A stretch of DNA of 64,000 bases. Origin: Auanema rhodensis. Lineage: Eukaryota > Animalia > Nematoda. Made by a program: the position numbers and the translations under genes. The notes under the pieces were generated by a model, which searched no databases, was not told where the DNA came from, and was given only the letters and a program-made list of their open reading frames with translations. The DNA lies in NCBI GenBank assembly GCA_964057225.1, contig OZ059894.1, positions 682,001 through 746,000 of the forward strand. The letters run 5' to 3'. Of the stretch, positions 40,601 to 55,200 are shown in pieces (position 1 is the first letter of the stretch; the number at the start of each line of letters is the position of its first letter).

Positions 40601-43600
40601 TCTAATTTTGAAAACCGCATCTCTTCATCTTTCACGTGAAGCGAGTTACATACCAAGTGCACATCACGAGTACATTTAATTAGCATAAATTAAAGTTCAC
40701 GTAAATTTCAAAGTCATGGTTACCATGCACCAATATCAATAAAACTTTGTTTTTAGACTAATATGGACATGGGGAATCTAATTTTGAAAACCGCATCTCT
40801 TTATCTTTCACGTGAAGCGAGTTACATACCAAGTGCACATCACGTGTACATTTAATTAGCATAAATTAAAGTTCACGTAAATTTCAAAGTCATGGTTACC
40901 ATGCACCAATATCAATAAAAATTTGTTTTTAGACTAATATGGACATGGGGAATCTAATTTTGAAAACCGCATCTCTTTATCTTTCACGTGAAGCGAGTTA
41001 CATACCAAGTGCACATCACGTGTACATTTAATTAGCATAAATTAAAGTTCACGTAAATTTCAAAGTCATGGTTACCATGAACCAATATCAATAAAAATTT
41101 GTTTTTAGACTAATATGGACATGAGGAATCTAATTTTGAAAACCGCATCTCTTTATCTTCCACGTGAAGCGAGTTACATACCAAGTGCACATCACGTGTA
41201 CATTTAATTAGCATAAATTAAAGTTCACGTAAATTTCAAAGTCATGGTTACCATGAACCAATATCAATAAAAATTTGTTTTTAGACTAATATGGACATGA
41301 GGAATCTAATTTTGAAAACCGCATCTCTTTATCTTCCACGTGAAGCGAGTTACATACCAAGTGCACATCACGTGTACATTTAATTAGCATAAATTAAAGT
41401 TCACGTAAATTTCAAAGTCATGGTTACCATGAACCAATATCAATAAAAATTTGTTTTTAGACTAATATGGACATGGGGAATCTAATTTTGAAAACCGCAT
41501 CTCTTTATCTTTCAAGTGAAGCAAGTTACATACAAAGTGCACATCACGTGTACATTTAATTAGCATAAATTAAAGTTCACGTAAATTTCAAAGTCATGGT
41601 TACCATGCACCAATATCGATAAAAATTTGTTTTTAGACTAATATGGACATGGGGAATCTAATTTTGAAAATCGCATCTCTTTATCTTTCACGTGAAGCGA
41701 GTTACATACCAAGTGCACATCACGTGTACATTTAATTAGCATAAATTAAAGTTCACGTAAATTTCAAAGTCATGGTTACCATGAACCAATATCAATAAAA
41801 ATTTGTTTTTAGACTAATATGGACATGGGGAATCTAATTTTGAAAACCGCATCTCTTTATCTTTCACGTGAAGCGAGTTACATACCAAGTGCACATCACG
41901 TGTACATTTAATTAGCATAAATTAAAGTTCACGTAAATTTCAAAGTCATGGTTACCATGCACCAATATCAATAAAAATTTGTTTTTAGACTAATATGGAC
42001 ATGGGGAATCTAATTTTGAAAACCGCATCTCTTTATCTTTCACGTGAAGCGAGTTACATACCAAGTGCACATCACGTGTACATTTAATTAGCATAAATTA
42101 AAGTTCACGTAATTTTCAAAGACATGGTTACCATGAACCAATATCAATAAAAATTTGTTTTTAGACTAATATGGACATGGGGAATCTAATTTTGAAAACC
42201 GCATCTCTTTATCTTTCACGTGAAGCGAGCTACATACCAAGTGCACATTACGTGTACATTTAATTAGCATAAATTAAAGTTCACGTAAATTTCAAAGTCA
42301 TGGTTACCATGCACCAATATCAATAAAAATTTGTTTTTAGACTAATATGGACATGGGGAATCTAATTTTGAAAACCGCATCTCTTTATATTTCACGTGAA
42401 GCGAGTTACATACCAAGTGCACATCACGTGTACATTTAATTAGCATAAATTAAAGTTCACGTAAATTTCAAAGTCATGGTTACCATGAACCAATATCAAT
42501 AAAAATTTGTTTTTAGACTAATATGGACATGGGGAATCTAATTTTGAAAACCGCATCTCTTTATCTTTCACGTGAAGCGAGTTACATACCAAGTGCACAT
42601 CACGTGTACATTTAATTAGCATAAATTAAAGTTCACGTAAATTTCAAAGTCATGGTTACCATGCACCAATATCAATAAAAATTTGTTTTTAGACTAATAT
42701 GGACATGGGGAATCTAATTTTGAAAACCGCATCTCTTCATCTTTCACGTGAAGCGAGTTACATACCAAGTGCACATCACGAGTACATTTAATTAGCATAA
42801 ATTAAAGTTCACGTAAATTTCAAAGTCATGGTTACCATGCACCAATATCAATAAAACTTTGTTTTTAGACTAATATGGACATGGGGAATCTAATTTTGAA
42901 AACCGCATCTCTTTATCTTTCACGTGAAGCGAGTTACATACCAAGTGCACATCACGTGTACATTTAATTAGCATAAATTAAAGTTCACGTAAATTTCAAA
43001 GTCATGGTTACCATGCACCAATATCAATAAAAATTTGTTTTTAGACTAATATGGACATGGGGAATCTAATTTTGAAAACCGCATCTCTTTATCTTTCACG
43101 TGAAGCGAGTTACATACCAAGTGCACATCACGTGTACATTTAATTAGCATAAATTAAAGTTCACGTAAATTTCAAAGTCATGGTTACCATGAACCAATAT
43201 CAATAAAAATTTGTTTTTAGACTAATATGGACATGAGGAATCTAATTTTGAAAACCGCATCTCTTTATCTTCCACGTGAAGCGAGTTACATACCAAGTGC
43301 ACATCACGTGTACATTTAATTAGCATAAATTAAAGTTCACGTAAATTTCAAAGTCATGGTTACCATGAACCAATATCAATAAAAATTAGTTTTTAGACTA
43401 ATATGGACATGAGGAATCTAATTTTGAAAACCGCATCTCTTTATCTTCCACGTGAAGCGAGTTACATACCAAGTGCACATCACGTGTACATTTAATTAGC
43501 ATAAATTAAAGTTCACGTAAATTTCAAAGTCATGGTTACCATGAACCAATATCAATAAAAATTTGTTTTTAGACTAATATGGACATGGGGAATCTAATTT

Positions 43601-46600
43601 TGAAAACCGCATCTCTTTATATTTCACGTGAAGCGAGTTACATACCAAGTGCACATCACGTGTACATTTAATTAGCATAAATTAAAGTTCACGTAAATTT
43701 CAAAGTCATGGTTACCATGAACCAATATCAATAAAAATTTGTTTTTAGACTAATATGGACATGGGGAATCTAATTTTGAAAACCGCATCTCTTCATCTTT
43801 CACGTGAAGCGAGTTACATACCAAGTGCACATCACGTGTACATTTAATTAGCATAAATTAAAGTTCACGTAAATTTCAAAGTCATGGTTACCATGCACCA
43901 ATATCAATAAAAATTTGTTTTTAGACTAATATGGACATGGGGAATCTAATTTTGAAAACCGCATCTCTTCATCTTTCACGTGAAGCGAGTGTCATACCAA
44001 GTGCACATCACGAGTACATTTAATTAGCATAAATTAAAGTTCACGTAAATTTCAAAGTCATGGTTACCATGCACCAATATCAATAAAAATTTGTTTTTAG
44101 ACTAATATGGACATGGGGAATCTAATTTTGAAAACCGCATCTCTTTATCTTTCACGTGAAGCTAGTTACATACCAAGTGCACATCACGTGTACATTTAAT
44201 TAGCATAAATTAAAGTTCACGTAAATTTCAAAGTCATGGTTACCATGCACCAATATCAATAAAAATTTGTTTTTAGACTAATATGGACATGGGGAATCTA
44301 ATTTTGAAAACCGCATCTCTTTATCTTTCACGTGAAGCGAGTTACATACCAAGTGCACATCACGTGTACATTTAATTAGCATAAATTAAAGTTCACGTAA
44401 ATTTCAAAGTCATGGTTACCATGAACCAATATCAATAAAAATTTGTTTTTAGACTAATATGGACATGAGGAATCTAATTTTGAAAACCGCATCTCTTTAT
44501 CTTCCACGTGAAGCGAGTTACATACCAAGTGCACATCACGTGTACATTTAATTAGCATAAATTAAAGTTCACGTAAATTTCAAAGTCATGGTTACCATGA
44601 ACCAATATCAATAAAAATTTGTTTTTAGACTAATATGGACATGAGGAATCTAATTTTGAAAACCGCATCTCTTTATCTTCCACGTGAAGCGAGTTACATA
44701 CCAAGTGCACATCACGTGTACATTTAATTAGCATAAATTAAAGTTCACGTAAATTTCAAAGTCATGGTTACCATGAACCAATATCAATAAAAATTTGTTT
44801 TTAGACTAATATGGACATGGGGAATCTAATTTTGAAAACCGCATCTCTTTATCTTTCACGTGAAGCGAGTTACATACCAAGTGCACATCAGGTGTGCATT
44901 TAATTAGCATAAATTAAAGTTCACGTAATTTTCAAAGACATGGTTACCATGAACCAATATCAATAAAAATTTGTTTTTAGACTAATATGGACATGGGGAA
45001 TCCAATTTTGAAAACCGCATCTCTTCATCTTTCACGTGAAGCGAGTTACATACCAAGTGCACATCACGTGTACATTTAATTAGCATAAATTAAAGTTCAC
45101 GTAATTTTCAAAGACATGGTTACCATGCACCAATATCAATAAAAATTTGTTTTTAGACTAATATGGACATGGGGAATCTAATTTTGAAAACCGCATCTCT
45201 TTATCTTTCACGTGAAGCGAGTTACATACCAAGTGCACATCACGTGTACATTTAATTAGCATAAATTAAAGTTCACGTAAATTTCAAAGTCATGGTTACC
45301 ATGCACCAATATCAATAAAAATTTGTTTTTAGACTAATATGGACATGGGGAATCTAATTTTGAAAACCGCATCTCTTTATCTTTCACGTGAAGCTAGTTA
45401 CATACCAAGTGCACATCACGTGTACATTTAATTAGCATAAATTAAAGTTCACGTAAATTTCAAAGTCATGGTTACCATGCACCAATATCAATAAAAATTT
45501 GTTTTTAGACTAATATGGACATGGGGAATCTAATTTTGAAAACCGCATCTCTTTATCTTTCACGTGAAGCGAGTTACATACCAAGTGCACATCACGTGTA
45601 CATTTAATTAGCATAAATTAAAGTTCACGTAAATTTCAAAGTCATGGTTACCATGCACCAATATCAATAAAAATTTGTTTTTAGACTAATATGGACATGG
45701 GGAATCTAATTTTGAAAACCGCATCTCTTTATCTTTCACGTGAAGCTAGTTACATACCAAGTGCACATCACGTGTACATTTAATTAGCATAAATTAAAGT
45801 TCACGTAAATTTCAAAGTCATGGTTACCATGCACCAATATCAATAAAAATTTGTTTTTAGACTAATATGGACATGGGGAATCTAATTTTGAAAACCGCAT
45901 CTCTTTATCTTTCACGTGAAGCGAGTTACATACCAAGTGCACATCACGTGTACATTTAATTAGCATAAATTAAAGTTCACGTAAATTTCAAAGTCATGGT
46001 TACCATGAACCAATATCAATAAAAATTTGTTTTTAGACTAATATGGACATGGGGAATCTAATTTTGAAAACCGCATCTCTTTATCTTTCACGTGAAGCAA
46101 GTTACATACAAAGTGCACATCACGTGTACATTTAATTAGCATAAATTAAAGTTCACGTAAATTTCAAAGTCATGGTTACCATGCACCAATATCGATAAAA
46201 ATTTGTTTTTAGACTAATATGGACATGGGGAATCTAATTTTGAAAATCGTATCTCTTTATCTTTCACGTGAAGCGAGTTACATACCAAGTGCACATCACG
46301 TGTACATTTAATTAGCATAAATTAAAGTTCACGTAAATTTCAAAGTCATGGTTACCATGAACCAATATCAATAAAAATTTGTTTTTAGACTAATATGGAC
46401 ATGGGGAATCTAATTTTGAAAACCGCATCTCTTTATCTTTCACGTGAAGCGAGTTACATACCAAGTGCACATCACGTGTACATTTAATTAGCATAAATTA
46501 AAGTTCACGTAATTTTCAAAGACATGGTTACCATGAACCAATATCAATAAAAATTTGTTTTTAGACTAATATGGACATGGGGAATCTAATTTTGAAAACC

Positions 46601-47517
46601 GCATCTCTTTATCTTTCACGTGAAGCGAGTTACATACCAAGTGCACATCAGGTGTGCATTTAATTAGCATAAATTAAAGTTCACGTAATTTTCAAAGACA
46701 TGGTTACCATGAACCAATATCAATAAAAATTTGTTTTTAGACTAATATGGACATGGGGAATCCAATTTTGAAAACCGCATCTCTTCATCTTTCACGTGAA
46801 GCGAGTTACATACAAAGTGCACATCACGTGTACATTTAATTAGCATAAATTAAAGTTCACGTAATTTTCAAAGACATGGTTACCATGAACTAATATCAAT
46901 AAAAATTTGTTTTTAGACTAATATGGACATGGGGAATCTAATTTTGAAAACCGCATCTCTTTATCTTTCAAGTGAAGCGAGTTACATACCAAGTGCACAT
47001 CACGTGTACATTTAATTAGCATAAATTAAAGTTCACGTAAATTTCAAAGTCATGGTTACCATGCACCAATATCAATAAAAATTTGTTTTTAGACTAATAT
47101 GGACATGGGGAATCTAATTTTGAAAACCGCATCTCTTTATCTTTCACGTGAAGCGAGTTACATACCAAGTGCACATCAGGTGTGCATTTAATTAGCATAA
47201 ATTAAAGTTCACGTAATTTTCAAAGACATGGTTACCATGAACCAATATCAATAAAAATTTGTTTTTAGACTAATATGGACATGGGGAATCCAATTTTGAA
47301 AACCGCATCTCTTCATCTTTCACGTGAAGCGAGTTACATACCAAGTGCACATCACGTGTACATTTAATTAGCATAAATTAAAGTTCACGTAATTTTCAAA
47401 GACATGGTTACCATGAACCAATATCAATAAAAATTTGTTCTTAGACTAATATGGACATGGGGAATCTAATTTTGAAAACCGCATCTCTTTATCTTTCACG
47501 TGAAGCGAGTTACATAC
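34670..47517. repeat. Array domain 4: irregular HORs (including 11-12-mers)
   Basis: Variants CACGAGTA, GAGCTA, ATGAGG+CTTCCACG, CAGGTGTGCA and AATTTTCAAAGACATG. GAGCTA at 40294/42230 and AAAATCG at 39735/41671 are both spaced 1936 = 11x176. ATGAGG pairs at 41124/43236 are spaced 2112 = 12x176. Confidence 0.75.
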
Positions 47518-49277
47518 CAAGTGCACATCACGTGTACATTTAATTAGCATAAATTAAAGTTCACGTAAATTTCAAAGTCATGGTTACCATGAACCAATAT
47601 CAATAAAAATTTGTTTTTAGACTAATATGGACATGGGGAATCTAATTTTGAAAACCGCATCTCTTTATCTTTCACGTGAAGCAAGTTACATACCAAGTGC
47701 ACATCACGTGTACATTTAATTAGCATAAATTAAAGTTCACGTAAATTTCAAAGTCATGGTTACCATGCACCAATATCAATAAAAATTTGTTTTTAGACTA
47801 ATATGGACATGGGGAATCTAATTTTGAAAACCGCATCTCTTTATCTTTCACGTGAAGCGAGTTACATACCAAGTGCACATCACGTGTACATTTAATTAGC
47901 ATAAATTAAAGTTCACGTAAATTTCAAAGTCATGGTTACCATGAACCAATATCAATAAAAATTTGTTTTTAGACTAATATGGACATGGGGAATCTAATTT
48001 TGAAAACCACATCTCTTTATCTTTCACGTGAAGCGAGTTACATACCAAGTGCACATCACGTGTACATTTAATTAGCATAAATTAAAGTTCACGTAAATTT
48101 CAAAGTCATGGTTACCATGAACCAATATCAATAAAAATTTGTTTTTAGACTAATATGGACATGGGGAATCTAATTTTGAGAACCGCATCTCTTTATCTTC
48201 CACGTGAAGCGAGTTACATACCAAGTGCACATCACGTGTACATTTAATTAGCATAAATTAAAGTTCACTTAAATTTCAAAGTCATGGTTACCATGAACCA
48301 ATATCAATAAAAATTTGTTTTTAGACTAATATGGACATGGGGAATCTAATTTTGAAAACCGCATCTCTTTATCTTTCACGTGAAGCGAGTTACATACCAA
48401 GTGCACATCACGTGTACATTTAATTAGCATAAATTGAAGTTCACGTAAATTTCAAAGTCATGGTTACCATGCACCAATATCAATAAGAATTCGTTTTTAG
48501 ACTAATATGGACATGGGGAATCTAATTTTGAAAACCGCATCTTTTTATCTTTCACGTGAAGCGAGTTACATACCAAGTGCACATCAGGTGTACATTTAAT
48601 TAGCATAAATTAAAGTTCACGTAAATTTCAAAGTCATGGTTACCATGCACCAATATCAATCAAAATTTGTTTTTAGACTAATATGGACATGGGGAATCTA
48701 ATTTTGAAAACCGCATCTCTTTATCTTTCACGTGCAGCGAGTTACATACCAAGTGCACATCACGTGTACATTTAATTAGCATAAATTAAAGTTCACGTAA
48801 ATTTCAAAGTCATGGTTACCATGAACCAATATCAATAAAAATTTGTTTTTAGACTAATATGGACATGGGGAATCTAATTTTAAAAACCGCATCTCTTTAT
48901 CTTTCACGTGAAGCAAGTTACATACCAAGTGCACATCACGTGTACATTTAATTAGCATAAATTAAAGTTCACGTAAATTTCAAAGTCATGGTTACCATGC
49001 ACCAATATCAATAAAAATTTGTTTTTAGACTAATATGGACATGGGGAATCTAATTTTGAAAACCGCATCTCTTTATCTTTCACGTGAAGCGAGTTACATA
49101 CCAAGTGCACATCACGTGTACATTTAATTAGCATAAATTAAAGTTCACGTAAATTTCAAAGTCATGGTTACCATGAACCAATATCAATAAAAATTTGTTT
49201 TTAGACTAATATGGACATGGGGAATCTAATTTTGGAAACCTCATCTCTTTATCTTTCACGTGAAGCGAGTTACATAC

Positions 49278-52200
49278 CAAGTGCACATCACGTGTACATT
49301 TAATTAGCATAAATTAAAGTTCACGTAAATTTCAAAGTCATGGTTACCATGAACCAATATCAATAAAAATTTGTTTTTAGACTAATATGGACATGGGGAA
49401 TCTAATTTTGAAAACCGCATCTCTTTATCTTTCACGTGAAGCAAGTTACATACCAAGTGCACATCACGTGTACATTTAATTAGCATAAATTAAAGTTCAC
49501 GTAAATTTCAAAGTCATGGTTACCATGCACCAATATCAATAAAAATTTGTTTTTAGACTAATATGGACATGGGGAATCTAATTTTGAAAACCGCATCTCT
49601 TTATCTTTCACGTGAAGCAAGTTACATACCAAGTGCACATCACGTGTACATTTAATTAGCATAAATTAAAGTTCACGTAAATTTCAAAGTCATGGTTACC
49701 ATGCACCAATATCAATAAAAATTTGTTTTAGACTAATATGGATATGGGGAATCTAATTTTGAAAACCGCATCTCTTTATCTTTCACGTGAAGCGAGTTAC
49801 ATACCAAGTGCACATCACGTGTACATTTAATTAGCATAAATTGAAGTTCACGTAAATTTCAAAGTCATGGTTACCATGCACCAATATCAATAACAATTTG
49901 TTTTTAGACTAATATGGACATGGGGAATCTAATTTTGAAAACCGCATCTCTTTATCTTTCACGTGAAGCGAGTTACATACCAAGTGCACATCACGTGTAC
50001 ATTTAATTAGCATAAATTAAAGTTCACGTAAATTTCAAAGTCATGGTTACCATGCACCAATATCAATAAAAATTTGTTTTTAGACTAATATGGACATGGG
50101 GAATCTAATTTTAAAAACCGCATCTCTTTATCTTTCACGTGAAGCGAGTTACATACCAAGTGCTCATCACGTGTACATTTAATTAGCATAAATTAAAGTT
50201 CACGTAATTTTCAAAGACATGGTTACCATGAACCAATATCAATAAAAATTTGTTTTTAGACTAATATGGACATGGGGAATCTAATTTTGAAAACCGCATC
50301 TCTTTATCTTTCACGTGGAGCAAGTTACATACCAAGTGCACATCACGTGTACATTTAATTAGCATAAATTAAAGTTCACGTAAATTTCAAAGTCATGGTT
50401 ACCATGCACCAATATCAATAAAAATTTGTTTTTAGACTAATATGGACATGGGGAATCTAATTTTGAAAACCGCATCTCTTTATCTTTCACGTGAAGCTAG
50501 TTACATACCAAGTGCACATCACGTGTACATTTAATTAGCATAAATTGAAGTTCACGTAAATTTCAAAGTCATGGTTACCATGCACCAATATCAATAACAA
50601 TTTGTTTTAGACTAATATGGACATGGGGAATCTAATTTTGAAAACCGCATCTCTTTATTTTTCACGTGAAGCGAGTTACATACCAAGTGCACATCACGTG
50701 TACATTTAATTAGCATAAATTAAAGTTCACGTAAATTTCAAAGTCATGGTTACCATGCACCAATATCAATAACAATTTGTTTTTAGACTAATATGGACAT
50801 GGGGAATCTAATTTTGAAAACCGCATCTCTTTATCTTTCACGTGAAGCGAGTTACATACCAAGTGCACATCACGTGTACATTTAATTAGCATAAATTAAA
50901 GTTCACGTAAATTTCAAAGTCATGGTTACCATGCACCAATATCAATAAAAATTTGTTTTTAGACTAATATGGACATGGGGAATCTAATTTTAAAAACCGC
51001 ATCTCTTTATCTTTCACGTGAAGCGAGTTACATACCAAGTGCACATCACGTGTACATTTAATTAGCATAAATTAAAGTTCACGTAAATTTCAAAGTCATG
51101 GTTACCATGCACCAATATCAATAAAAATTTGTTTTTAGACTAATATGGACATGGGGAATCTAATTTTAAAAACCGCATCTCTTTATCTTTCACGTGAAGC
51201 GAGTTACATACCAAGTGCTCATCACGTGTACATTTAATTAGCATAAATTAAAGTTCACGTAATTTTCAAAGACATGGTTACCATGAACCAATATCAATAA
51301 AAATTTGTTTTTAGACTAATATGGACATGGGGAATCTAATTTTGAAAACCGCATCTCTTTATCTTTCACGTGGAGCAAGTTACATACCAAGTGCACATCA
51401 CGTGTACATTTAATTAGCATAAATTAAAGTTCACGTAAATTTCAAAGTCATGGTTACCATGCACCAATATCAATAAAAATTTGTTTTTAGACTAATATGG
51501 ACATGGGGAATCTAATTTTGAATACCGCATCTCTTTATCTTTCACGTGAAGCTAGTTACATACCAAGTGCACATCACGTGTACATTTAATTAGCATAAAT
51601 TGAAGTTCACGTAAATTTCAAAGTCATGGTTACCATGCACCAATATCAATAACAATTTGTTTTAGACTAATATGGACATGGGGAATCTAATTTTGAAAAC
51701 CGCATCTCTTTATCTCTCACGTGAAGCGAGTTACATACCAAGTGCACATCACGTGTACATTTAATTAGCATAAATTAAAGTTCACGTAAATTTCAAAGTC
51801 ATGGTTACCATGCACCAATATCGATAAAAATTTGTTTTTAGACTAATATGGACATGGGGAATCTAATTTTGAAAATCGCATCTCTTTATCTTTCACGTGA
51901 AGCGAGTTACATACCAAGTGCACATCACGTGTACATTTAATTAGCATAAATTGAAGTTCACGTAAATTTCAAAGTCATGGTTACCATGCACCAATATCAA
52001 TAACAATTTGTTTTAGACTAATATGGACATGGGGAATCTAATTTTGAAAACCGCATCTCTTTATCTCTCACGTGAAGCGAGTTACATACCAAGTGCACAT
52101 CACGTGTACATTTAATTAGCATAAATTAAAGTTCACGTAAATTTCAAAGTCATGGTTACCATGCACCAATATCGATAAAAATTTGTTTTTAGACTAATAT

Positions 52201-55200
52201 GGACATGGGGAATCTAATTTTGAAAATCGCATCTCTTTATCTCTCACGTGAAGCGAGTTACATACCAAGTGCACATCACGTGTACATTTAATTAGCATAA
52301 ATTAAAGTTCACGTAAATTTCAAAGTCATGGTTACCATGCACCAATATCAATAACAATTTGTTTTTAGACTAATATGGACATGGGGAATCTAATTTTGAA
52401 AACCGCATCTCTTTATCTTTCACGTGAAGCGAGTTACATACCAAGTGCACATCACGTGTACATTTAATTAGCATAAATTAAAGTTCACGTAAATTTCAAA
52501 GTCATGGTTACCATGCACCAATATCAATAAAAATTTGTTTTTAGACTAATATGGACATGGGGAATCTAATTTTAAAAACCGCATCTCTTTATCTTTCACG
52601 TGAAGCGAGTTACATACCAAGTGCTCATCACGTGTACATTTAATTAGCATAAATTAAAGTTCACGTAATTTTCAAAGACATGGTTACCATGAACCAATAT
52701 CAATAAAAATTTGTTTTTAGACTAATATGGACATGGGGAATCTAATTTTGAAAACCGCATCTCTTTATCTTTCACGTGGAGCAAGTTACATACCAAGTGC
52801 ACATCACGTGTACATTTAATTAGCATAAATTAAAGTTCACGTAAATTTCAAAGTCATGGTTACCATGCACCAATATCAATAAAAATTTGTTTTTAGACTA
52901 ATATGGACATGGGGAATCTAATTTTGAAAACCGCATCTCTTTATCTTTCACGTGAAGCTAGTTACATACCAAGTGCACATCACGTGTACATTTAATTAGC
53001 ATAAATTGAAGTTCACGTAAATTTCAAAGTCATGGTTACCATGCACCAATATCAATAACAATTTGTTTTAGACTAATATGGACATGGGGAATCTAATTTT
53101 GAAAACCGCATCTCTTTATTTTTCACGTGAAGCGAGTTACATACCAAGTGCACATCACGTGTACATTTAAATAGCATAAATTAAAGTTCACGTAAATTTC
53201 AAAGTCATGGTTACCATGCACCAATATCAATAACAATTTGTTTTTAGACTAATATGGACATGGGGAATCTAATTTTGAAAACCGCATCTCTTTATCTTTC
53301 ACGTGAAGCGAGTTACATACCAAGTGCACATCACGTGTACATTTAATTAGCATAAATTAAAGTTCACGTAAATTTCAAAGTCATGGTTACCATGCACCAA
53401 TATCAATAAAAATTTGTTTTTAGACTAATATGGACATGGGGAATCTAATTTTAAAAACCGCATCTCTTTATCTTTCACGTGAAGCGAGTTACATACCAAG
53501 TGCACATCACGTGTACATTTAATTAGCATAAATTAAAGTTCACGTAAATTTCAAAGTCATGGTTACCATGCACCAATATCAATAAAAATTTGTTTTTAGA
53601 CTAATATGGACATGGGGAATCTAATTTTAAAAACCGCATCTCTTTATCTTTCACGTGAAGCGAGTTACATACCAAGTGCTCATCACGTGTACATTTAATT
53701 AGCATAAATTAAAGTTCACGTAATTTTCAAAGACATGGTTACCATGAACCAATATCAATAAAAATTTGTTTTTAGACTAATATGGACATGGGGAATCTAA
53801 TTTTGAAAACCGCATCTCTTTATCTTTCACGTGGAGCAAGTTACATACCAAGTGCACATCACGTGTACATTTAATTAGCATAAATTAAAGTTCACGTAAA
53901 TTTCAAAGTCATGGTTACCATGCACCAATATCAATAAAAATTTGTTTTTAGACTAATATGGACATGGGGAATCTAATTTTGAAAACCGCATCTCTTTATC
54001 TTTCACGTGAAGCTAGTTACATACCAAGTGCACATCACGTGTACATTTAATTAGCATAAATTGAAGTTCACGTAAATTTCAAAGTCATGGTTACCATGCA
54101 CCAATATCAATAACAATTTGTTTTAGACTAATATGGACATGGGGAATCTAATTTTGAAAACCGCATCTCTTTATCTCTCACGTGAAGCGAGTTACATACC
54201 AAGTGCACATCACGTGTACATTTAATTAGCATAAATTAAAGTTCACGTAAATTTCAAAGTCATGGTTACCATGCACCAATATCGATAAAAATTTGTTTTT
54301 AGACTAATATGGACATGGGGAATCTAATTTTGAAAATCGCATCTCTTTATCTTTCACGTGAAGCGAGTTACATACCAAGTGCACATCACGTGTACATTTA
54401 ATTAGCATAAATTAAAGTTCACGTAAATTTCAAAGTCATGGTTACCATGAACCAATATCAATAAAAATTTGTTTTTAGACTAATATGGACATGGGGAATC
54501 TAATTTTGAAAACCGCATCTCTTTATCTTTCACGTGAAGCGAGTTACATACCAAGTGCACATCACGTGTACATTTAATTAGCATAAATTAAAGTTCACGT
54601 AAATTTCAAAGTCATGGTTACCATGCACCAATATCAATAAAAATTTGTTTTTAGACTAATATGGACATGGGGAATCTAATTTTGAAAACCGCATCTCTTT
54701 ATCTTTCACGTGAAGCAAGTTACATACAAAGTGCACATCACGTGTACATTTAATTAGCATAAATTAAAGTTCACGTAAATTTCAAAGTCATGGTTACCAT
54801 GCACCAATATCGATAAAAATTTGTTTTTAGACTAATATGGACATGGGGAATCTAATTTTGAAAATCGCATCTCTTTATCTTTCACGTGAAGCTAGTTACA
54901 TACCAAGTGCACATCACGTGTACATTTAATTAGCATAAATTAAAGTTCACGTAAATTTCAAAGTCATGGTTACCATGAACCAATATCAATAAAAATTTGT
55001 TTTTAGACTAATATGGACATGGGGAATCTAATTTTGAAAACCGCATCTCTTTATCTTTCACGTGAAGCGAGTTACATACCAAGTGCACATCACGTGTACA
55101 TTTAATTAGCATAAATTGAAGTTCACGTAAATTTCAAAGTCATGGTTACCATGCACCAATATCAATAAAAATTCGTTTTTAGACTAATATGGACATGGGG

